From assembly GCA_020137815.1 (NCBI GenBank), contig CM035350.1, forward strand, positions 2,294,001-2,358,000: a stretch of 64,000 nucleotides of DNA, in the 5' to 3' direction. Shown piece after piece: positions 54,363 to 64,000 of this stretch. The position numbers and the translations under genes were made by a program. Below the pieces are notes generated by a model. That model had not been told where the DNA came from. It saw only the letters and a list, made by a program, of their open reading frames with translations, and did not search any database. This DNA is from Hormiphora californensis (lineage: Eukaryota > Animalia > Ctenophora). Positions within the stretch are counted from its first letter, which is position 1, and each line of letters begins with the position of its first letter.

Positions 54363-55031
54363 GCACTACTCAACTCTATTTGAGATTACATTTATACCCC
54401 CTATTTGTGAGGGTGACTTATAAGAACTCGTGTGAGCTTCAAGCTCTACAGAGTATAGACTCGTTAGAGAAAAGATTGAGACTCTACAGACTAATGACTA
54501 TCTGTTTGTGTATTATACGTGACGGGAATTTCTACTATTTGATACTTCTTTGTGTGTGTGTATGTGTGTTTTGTCGCTTTATATGTTCAGCGCCCGACGT
54601 TACTTTACCAATTATTTTTCAAAAGGCCGACCCCAAAAACCGTTTTGTTCTGTTCTGTTCTGTGTTTTTACTTGCCACCTGGAGGTACAAGACCATGAAG
54701 GGAGAGAAGGGATTGTTGTGCGCGCGAGATGCCCTACAAACAAGAGACGGCGCGTTACTGCTGGTTCTGCAAGCAGGTAAGTAGCGATAACGGGTACCCT
54801 CTGCAGCAGTAGCAAATTGAGCGCGAAGTAAGTAAAGGTCACCAATCACTATTGACTATTCAAGATGAGACACCTTTCTCTCCCTTATTTAGCTTTGAAA
54901 CAAGTTATATCTGGTCAACAGAAATCGATTATCTTTAAAGTTAAAACACATTTAAAATTATTCAAAACAAAACAAAGACATTACATGCTTTGATCTGTTG
55001 TATAAAAACAACACGCTGTACCAGCAGCACG

Positions 55032-57218
55032 TTAAGCCTTCTTAAGAGAACGAATAATTTCACATGCTTTCTCTATGGTAGCATCAGACTTGGCACAGCA
55101 TACCCTAATATACTTGGCAGCAAGGTGACGGTTCTTGTCCCCGTAAAACACACTAATAGGGATGGTAGCTAGTTTGAATTCCCTAGTCAGCCACTTCACA
55201 CAATCAACATCATAACATCGTCCCGTGTTCTCTGCAGTAAAGTCCCACCCCATGGGGGCGGTATCCACCAACATGAAGTAACCACCATCCGGCCAGACGG
55301 GCACACAACCAATATGAGTGAAGGCATCAGCTAGCTTCCTGCAGTTCTCCTCTAGCTTACCAGATAACCAGTCAAAGTAGGAGTCAGAGGTACCTTTCAC
55401 CCGGGCCTCCCTCTCAAAGGCCCCTGCGGATGCCTCTTGGAGGAGGGTGGGGGCGGTGAATGTGGTACAGGATGTGACGTGTTGGATCTGGGTGATGAGA
55501 GAAGCAGGCCCAATAGCCCAGCCTACCTTCCACCCGGTCACTGAGAAGGACTTGCCAATACTGCCAACTGTAATAGTCCTCTCCCACATACCTGGTCAGG
55601 AAATGAGGGGTAAGGGGTGTGTGGTAGAAACAAGAAACAACCACACATAACAACTAAACAGTAAACTATGAACTATTACGTCACTTAGATTAGGTATAAA
55701 CATTCAAGCAGAAGAAAACTAAAACAAGTACAACTATTACCTACCGGGTACAACTATTACCTACCGGGTAGTGCCGCAATTCGGACATGTTTACTGCCCT
55801 GAAAGACAACCCTCTCGTAGACCTCATCAGTGACAATGATAACGTTGTGTTTAGCACACACTCCCCCAATGAACTCCAACTCCTCCTCTGTGAACATTTT
55901 ACCTGGCGGGAGAGAGAGAGTGAGCTGAGAGGGTGTATTCGGAACAGGGGCGGCTCGCGACCTCCGAATTTCGGAATGTCAAAGAGTTGAGAGATAGAGT
56001 GTGTTATGTTAGTATGAGAGACAAATAAAGGGGATGTGTGAGAGAGAGAGAGAGGTATGTTATTACTAATGAGTAATGGGGGCCACCACCACCACTACAG
56101 CTGCAATACAACTTACCAACTGGGTTATGAGGGGTAGTGGTGATGAGAAGTTTAGTTCGATCATTGAACGCCTCCTCAAACTCTTTCCGGTCTAGTGTCC
56201 AGTTCTTGGCAACCGTCCCGTCACCTAGAGATTTAGGGGGGAGTTAGTAGTGACATCAACACCGTTTCATCATCTTTAGATTTAGGGAGGGTTAGTAGTG
56301 ATGTCACACTGGCAGTTGGAACCAGATAGTGAACTAATGATGTGCTTCTGTCATAGTGGAGAGTAATGAACTGTACCGTCATTAAACTGTCACAGCTAGT
56401 CATTATGAGTGTGTGTCTCTCTCACCAGTGGGTCGGAGGGGAACTCTAACAAGTTTTCCACCACACATGTCCATGTCCCCTGCATAGCAATCAAAATGAG
56501 GCTCAATAACCACTGCCTCATCACCGGGGTTTATAAAGGCGGTGATGGCAGCATAGATGGCTTCGTATGCCCCCACTGCTGTGGTGACCTCCGTCATGGG
56601 GTCAATGGATCGTCCAAAGAGGGGGGAGAACTCATCAGCCAGAGCTTTAACCAGTCGGGGATGCCCAGCTGCGCGGGTGTACCTGAGTAGATGATGGGAG
56701 ATTAAAACATTACATTCAGCAGATATGAGTTAGTATAGCAGAATAACGGCAATAAAGTCGGATTTTTTGAAACTGTCACCCCCCTTTTCGTGCGCGGAAT
56801 GTTTTTGCGCGTCACATCACATGTTAACGTGTGGTGTGCGCGTCAAAATTGATAAATTTCACCTGCGCGGTCATTTGGGGGTGACAGTTTCAAAAAATCC
56901 GACTTTACATACCAGTTAGCAGATGGTTTTGCAACTGCTTCCTTCACCTCATCTTGCAGAAACTCTGGGACAGCGAAATCAGGGAACCCCTGACCAATGT
57001 TGGTCGCTTTGTGTTCATTGGCTGAGGAAAGAAGGTATGAATCAACAACTCAGGCGAAGTAAGAATGCTACAATAAAAAAACTTAAATCAGAGCTAACAC
57101 AATATAATAAACAGATAAAAGTACAGATGAAGTACAGACACTTACCAAGGGATGAGAACTCCGCCCAGAGGTTAACACCAAAGTTCTTCAGTCGACTGGC
57201 GGGCTGTGCTGCGAGCAT
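55032..57218 (-). CDS. Kynurenine--oxoglutarate transaminase (KYAT1/3, CCBL-like; class I PLP aminotransferase)
   Basis: NIGQGFPD, YTRAAGHPRL, VTTAVGAYEA, TPHNPVG, DEVYE, GSIGKSFSVTGWKVGW (PLP Lys), IRVCCAK. Confidence 0.92.
56755..56905. mobile_element. MITE, TIR AAGTCGGATTTTTTGAAACTGTCACCCCC, TA TSD
   Basis: Perfect ~29-bp TIRs flanked by TA, in a KYAT intron. Confidence 0.9.
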
Positions 57219-57605
57219 CCTACTTGATATGAGGGGTGTTGAGCAAGTGCAAAAAAGGCAAAAGTGGTTAAATTTGAGGATAGGAGTATAATTTTACAGG
57301 GGGGATAATTTAAGAGAGAATGGAGATAAAAAACAACTGTTTCAGTGGCTTATAATAACAATGGAAACTGCTTAATTTAAAGATACACACATACACACAC
57401 TGGGTGTATCGGGAAATAACAGACAAACAAACACACACACACACACGTCACACACACGCACACACATACAGGTATGAAAAAAACAGGTCCCAGTAAGGAA
57501 AGCACCCACAGCAAATGTCTTCAAACCAAGCTATAAACTAAACTATACCCATCTCTTCACCAAGACATGACTAACCGGAAATAACCTCTCTTTTCTCTCT
57601 CTCTC

Positions 57606-57656
<51 letters not shown>

Positions 57657-57748
57657 CTCTCTCTCCCTCTCTCTATCTTTCTATCTTTCTATTACATATT
57701 CCTTTTCCTATAAACACTCCAGTCCTACTACACTCAGAAGTCTCTTCC

Positions 57749-59667
57749 TCACACTTGGAATTTAGGCGAGTGAAGTTTAGTGGGAGTTAGGTGGGACGGC
57801 ATGATGGGAAGGAACCAGTTACAACCCATACCATTCCCAAACACCTCCTGCATGTTTTGTTTCCATGTCAACCGCTCCCACGTCGCCTGCTCGTTCTTTA
57901 ACTTCTCTATACCCTGCAGTGGTGATGATAGAGGGGGGTTAGTAAGTTCCTGTGAGTTACTGTAAACTAATATTTCCGGGCTACCAGGTGGTTCTTGACT
58001 CCATTCTCCAACTGCAAATTATGCAGTAGGTATACTGTAGTACAATCAATGTACTGTAGTACAACCAATGTATTACTGCATGTATGGAGGAGTTGTTAAT
58101 GGTACCTAGATAAAAACAATATATTGTTATTACCGTTTGGTCATCCATAATGGCGTAGAGTTGAGTCCCGAACATGATCCCGGTAAATAGGCCGAAGAGA
58201 AGGGAAACAAAGAGAAGGATGGTTAGTAGCATCAGAGAGATGGGAGGAGAGAGCGCACCACAACCTACGGAGTACGGAATCATAGTTAGAGGTGACACAA
58301 GCACGTCATACACATTACAGACAATATACAGCATATTGTAGAATGAGACATCTCATACACCGCATAATGATAGAAATATTCGGAAGGAGAGAAAGAGAAA
58401 GGGAGTTAGAGAGAAAAAGGGAGTGTGAGAGAGAGAGGGAGAGAGGGAGAGAGTCCATCTAGTGGAGTTTGGATGTACATAATTAAATGATAATTACTCC
58501 GTCTAGCACTACATTATAATTATCGTATGCTACTAACTAGCACTACCAACACAATATTATATCTTGTTCCACCCCCCCCCCCACTAAGTACTTACTGCTC
58601 CATTCTGCATCACTACAGTGTACTATCTTGTTCCACCCCCCCCCACTAAGTACTTACTGCTCCATTCTGCATCACTACAATGTACTATCTTGTTCACCGC
58701 CATGTACATGGCCATGGTGGATATAGTGAAGATGTAGAGAGTGAAGAGGATAAAGAACTTCTGGTTCTGCTGACCCACACAGTTGTTAACCCAGGGGCAG
58801 TGGTGATCCATCTTTCTAATACACCGCCTACATACCTGTGTGGAGAGGGGCAATTAAGAGGGAGCAAGGTCGGGCACAGAATAGGACGGGAGGTGTCTTG
58901 TGTGTGAAATGTAGTGACATGACTCAGAGGCTTTTATAGCTTTTCACTTTTTGACAAGGATGAATAGAGAGGTACTAAGAGAGAAAAAGAAGATATTGAG
59001 ATATGTTGTATGGATGAGACAGAAGAACATGTAAGATGTGGAATATTGCGTACTGCTTGGCTAACGTTACTCTACACACACAATACATATAGTGTGGCAA
59101 GCAGCTCTAAATGTCTGATATCTCTACAACAAGGAATCAAGGATGAAACTCACACTACAGTGGTGTGCCCGCTCCGGTTTAATACTGTTACACTTCAGAC
59201 ACAGCACTGCACTCTTCAACTCTTCCTTCTGGGCGAACCGGGCATTATACGTCTCCATGGGGATAGCACCTGTAACAAGGGGGTAAAGGGTAAATCACAT
59301 GTTTCAAGGAGAGGTATGGACTAGTCCAGAATGTAGAATGCTATGTACCAGGATTAGTAGTCATCGCCTTCAGGTGGGACCATAGTGCCAGGAAAGAGAA
59401 GAAAGTGAACACCCCTACCTGAAATGAGGCGGAATTTAACAAAAAATAAAGAATTCTTTTGAAAAGTCTACTGTGCCAATATGACGGAGCACCACTATCA
59501 GAAATAGTTGGATATGATACTGATAATAATACCTGTATGGCGGTGCTGACGAGGGGGTCAGGTAAAAGTATAACCGTTATAACAACAAACTGGGAGTAGA
59601 GGACGAGAACATATGTCATGGAGGAGCATACGATACCCGCAACATCATTTACAAACCACTCCACCAT
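57749..59667 (-). CDS. ZDHHC3: DHHC palmitoyltransferase (ZDHHC3/7-like)
   Basis: [37 protein letters not shown]|[31 protein letters not shown]|GIEKLK; ZDHHC3 and ZDHHC7 cannot be distinguished. Confidence 0.88.
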
Positions 59668-59962
59668 TTTTACACCTACTGAGCCTACTACATAGCTACA
59701 TCTGCTTCAAGGAGATTTATCATCAATTAAGAGTTCAAAGGTTGCCCTACTATTGCATAGAAATGTTCTGAAAGTTTGCTTTGTAAAGTAAATAAGTTAA
59801 ATGTGTTGACTGTAACTGGTAGCCATAAGCCGGTAGGCCATCGGGTCAAGACTCAAGAGAAGTCATTTTTTCTTCTTTTCTCTCTCCGTCTTTTTGGTCT
59901 GGGTGTCCGCGGACACCCGGACACCCACGAGCGCCGTCCCTGGACAAAGTTATCCAACTGTT

Positions 59963-61200
59963 TCATCATCATCATCATCATCAAACATTTAATATCCCGC
60001 TTTATAGCATATTGGTAAGATAACACTTAAAAAAGATAAAACTTTACGGCTACCTTCCTGCTTTCAAAAGCGGTTTTTCTCTACTATGATCGATAAATTA
60101 GAGTCCAGAGCTAGATTATATAAATGTTCAAGAGTCCCTTGGTGCTTCTAACACCCTCTTTCCACGGATGATGTAGTGGGTTCCAGGGGACTGCTTTGCC
60201 TTCTCCTTCAGTTCAATCACAAGCTGTTTCCGTTCTCCCCGTTCTTCAACTGTTCTATCAGGAGAAATAAAAACTTTGCCGAACTTGTCGTTCCCTTTCA
60301 GCAGGGATTTCTTCGACAGGATCGACATTTGAGCGTCTCTGCTCCTCAGCACGACTTTTACAGGTCTTGCAGATGAGGACTGCTTTCCCAAGCGCTCGAC
60401 AGATTTCATTTTCGGAGCCTCTTCAAGCTCAGTAAAAAGAGACTTTATCTGAGTTTCAATTTCAATTTCAGCACTCTCTTCCAAGCCATGGATGATAATA
60501 TTACACCCACGATCCTCAGAGGCAGCAACAATCGCTGACTGAATCTTCTTCGGCGCCAGAGCACTAGCACATTTCTTCTCCAGGACAGAAGCAAAACTCT
60601 TTATTTCTTGCTGTGCTGTTGACTGCACAGCTGTTATCTCAACCTCCCTTTTCTCTAGTAACTGCCTCTGAATATTCAGTAGTTCCTCCTGTGCTGCTAC
60701 AAGGGCCCTTTGGGTTTTGATAAGCTCTTTACTGTGACTTTTGAGCTCCTTCTCATACTGATTCATCATCGTAGTTTCATACCCCATATGTGACAACTGT
60801 TCACCAACTGGGAAGCTCTGTTCAATGAGAATACGGCATGCACTCTCCACAAGGCCTAAAAGCACTGACTTGTTCAGTGCACTGAGTTTGTTCCTGGAGG
60901 GAACTTTCAGATTATCCCAGATTTCCACTATATGTGGTCCGTACTTCACTTGGCTCGGATCTGTTTCACCAAACCCTCCAGTTAGCGTTAATATCTCGCT
61001 TACCCACTCCACGGTTTGTTCTTGGCAGTGTTGGATGATATCCTCTTGTACGTCTGTTTCCCGGATGTAGATCCGTGTATCCATTTCAGTATCGGAGCTC
61101 GTCATTTTCTTGCTGCCCTCTTGGGCTCTTACATAGACATTTGCTCAATAAATAGTTTTACGTTGTAGTTGATGAAAGTTTGAAACTTGTTCTGTTCTCA
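59963..61200 (-). mobile_element. ORF1-only non-autonomous LINE-like element with intact 325-aa ORF (60128-61105)
   Basis: Coiled coil, ALAPKKIQSA, DRGCNIIIHGLEE, RLGK, RPVKVVL and VFISPDRTVEER. About 145 bp of 3' UTR precedes a (TGA)7 tail; no ORF2. The 5' end is uncertain. Confidence 0.75.
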
Positions 61201-62057
61201 CCCCCTGGAGTCCTGGTTTTGGAAAGTTTGTTTCTGCAATAACGCTGGTTCCTGTAAAGATTCCTCTAAAGAGACTCCATCTTTTTATCTTTTTGTTATC
61301 ATCATATCGTCTTCGTGTAAAAACTACACAGGTGTCAGTTGCTACTTTCCAACAAAGCTTCTCCAATCCCCTCCAAGCTCCATGGAGGCTGGAAACTATT
61401 AGTATCCATTGCATTCGAAAGCGAATTTTGAGACCTTTCTAATGCGTGATAGATGTAGCCTCTCTAATCATGATCAGCAGTTATAACGTAAAAGAGGGGT
61501 TGTCAGTTGAAAAAAAAAACAAAAAAAAACAAAAAACAACAAAAAAACAAAAAGCTGGGATTTTCTTCCAGCGGAAAAAAACCACGCGCGCGGGTGCGCG
61601 GCTTCATTTTTAGTTTTGCGCGTGACAGGGAGCGCCGCGCGCCGTCTACGGTGGCTGATTCACGCCAACTTTTTTCTCGATGAAAAAATATCAAAGAAAA
61701 ATTACGAAGAAAAATTTCAATGAAAAAAAAACACACACAAACTTTTTTGGCGTGAATCAGCCACCAGCCATGGCTGATCTCCGCCAACGTTTCACAAAAA
61801 AACATTGGCGTGAATCAGCCACCCCTTGGCTGATCCACGCCAAGTGCGCGCGCGTGCGCACTGCTTACAACGCATGCTTTCATCATTACAAAGTCCGCGC
61901 GCTCTCACGTTTTTCCACCATACCAAACTCTGATATGAGATATCTGGGCCGGGTGTTGATATCTCATCTCAGTTGTACATTAGACATTAAAACAGTTAAT
62001 TATTCGGCAGTTGAGGTAAATAAAATTTTTCCTATTACACTGAAAGAGTAAGACTGT

Positions 62058-63501
62058 ACTGTCCAAATATTTGTCCAATCCTGGCACGGAACATCGAAGC
62101 ATCATGGTGGCAGGTACTTCTCGATCAGGTTCAATGGGAATTGCCTCTCCAGTCTCCGTCCTTTTCCTCGGTTTCGGTAAAAGAACCAAGGAACATATCG
62201 TGCATGATGTTCCACTGGACAGGAGCCACATATTTGGAGGATCTCGCTGCCTGTAGGAGAGGGTGAGGGTTAGTTGATGTGTGTGGTGGTATCTATCAGA
62301 TATAAAATCAAATATAAGATCTATCAGATATAAAATCATCAGCACCTAAGGCACCTAATATTTTCTTACCTGAGTCCTGATGATCAGCACTGGAATCAGT
62401 CACAACTAGAATGTTCCGGCTATAAATGGGAGAGAGCGAAGCGAACTTGATAACATCCCTCTGAAAGGAATAGAATATCACTGCGCTGGCAAGCGCAAAG
62501 GTGACCATCCCCTCCCCCCAGCCGCGCGTGCCAGAATGCAGTAATAACTTTTTTCACTTTTTAGCCAAAAATGGCATTTTGCGACGCCCATAGCGAGGCC
62601 CCCACTGCACCAATCAGTCTGAAATTTGGTATACAGTGTCACATAGTCTAGATCTACTGTAGTTTAAAAGGGCAAGTCTCTATCTTTTTTAGTTTTAGAG
62701 ATACAGCATCGTGCCAAAAGCAATAAATGTCCCGGGTCTATCTATCTATGGATAGACGCTATTTTACCAAATTTATAATCGTTTTTGAGAGAAAACGACA
62801 TGAGATAGACACTTCTCGTTTGTTGCATTCGAAAGATAATCGTTCAAATTGTGTCAACGAATGGTTTTCATGTTCTAGGTCCAACCAGAACGTCTTGACT
62901 AACTGTCATAAAGATAAGAGTTTTTTCAAATCAACCAAATTTCTTTGAGCTCAATTTACACCCTGAAGACGGCTTCTGATTGAAAAACGGAGACCACACT
63001 TACGAAAGATAATCGTCTATACTTTCACAAACTATATCGCGAATTTGTGAAACTCTATTTCTAAGGGTCTCAAATCGCGTCTGAAGTGTTAAGACTGTAT
63101 GAAAATAGATATGACGATAATGCGTTTTTCGCCATAGCGACCTCAAATCTTGTCCAATCGATCTCAAACTTGGTCAGCATCTTTATCTAGATGAGCCTGA
63201 TAATAATAAATCCCTATCTTGACGTTATAACGTCGTGACGTCACGCTATGACGTCATAATGACGTCAAAATTGAAATTTTCGTATTTTAGCGATTCCTGA
63301 CGGTCTTTACACGTCCAGACACGTCTTACATTGTATTTCACATCAGAAGATACCAAAAATATACCCCAATTATGCCAAAAACTAACAGAAATTAGTTGGC
63401 TGGAAAGGTGACCACATTTGTTGTCAAGCTGACACCTTTGCCCGGCCCGGGTTACGAATATCATCGATGGGGTAAATCAGGGAGAAGCGAGAAAGATAGA
63501 A

Positions 63502-63592
<91 letters not shown>

Positions 63593-63845
63593 AGAGGGAA
63601 AGATAATGATGAAACCCGGAGAGGGCAAAGGTGTCAGCTTGACAACAAATGTGGTCACCTTTCCAGCCAACTAATTTCTGTTAGTTTTTGGCATAATTAC
63701 TTATATACTTGTGTATAAAACCAGTTGTGAATAGATCTGGATGGAGCCACGTACCTTGAGGGGATGGCCTGTGCTGGTGCTGTCACATGATCATAGTTTA
63801 TCCAGAGGAATCCTGTTTCTGTTGCTATAGTCGGCTGTCTTGCCA
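62058..63845 (-). CDS. Probable 3' exons of an uncharacterised gene entering from the right edge
   Basis: Segments ~63845-63701, ~62460-62370 and ~62249 downward have AG/GT boundaries; the reading frame is ambiguous and no domain is recognised. Confidence 0.3.
62498..63698. mobile_element. DNA-transposon remnant with a local 76-bp inverted duplication around (GA)n
   Basis: AAGGTGACCA at 62498 and 63406, TGGTCACCTT at ~63652; perfect arms at 63368-63443 and 63623-63698. Confidence 0.5.
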
Positions 63846-64000
63846 CTGTGGAGAGGGAAAGATTGATTGAAATAGTGATCAGAGAAAGATAAAAATAGAG
63901 TGGATTGTACAAAAAATGGGCAGGTAAGTAGACCTTTGACCCTAATATAGGGCTGTTATATTCCCACTAACTCATGACTGATGATGTTAGCACGGTAAAG

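Overview
Gene-dense eukaryotic (animal) genomic DNA with short GT-AG introns, long (CT/GA)n tracts and many MITEs. The repeat families and gene content look like a ctenophore (Pleurobrachia/Hormiphora-like); this is recognition from memory, not a database result. Genes in order: MFS sugar porter (-, runs off the left edge), NUP85 (+, intronless), USP7 (+), USP14 (-), three intronless UDP-glycosyltransferases (-), MTG1 (-), PUDP/HDHD1 (-), a small orphan (-), a TE-rich block, an LDLa-repeat GPCR (+), LIG4 (-), a PH-like/RasGEF gene (+) with a standalone BPL_N/GATase1-like gene nested on the same strand, kynurenine aminotransferase (-), ZDHHC3/7-like (-), and 3' exons of an unknown gene (-). The most notable signals are: (1) a co-oriented cluster with spacers as short as 78 bp and a 3' splice-site-like AG just before each ATG, a candidate SL-trans-spliced operon; (2) tandem repeats that copy the splice sites themselves in several genes; (3) two homologous ORF1-only 'half-LINE' retroelements with microsatellite tails; (4) a Transib-like MITE with loosely 12/23-RSS-like ends; (5) a UGT array with a homogenised 3' end. 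Scattered small indels in conserved genes suggest long-read consensus errors, so frameshift-based calls are tentative.
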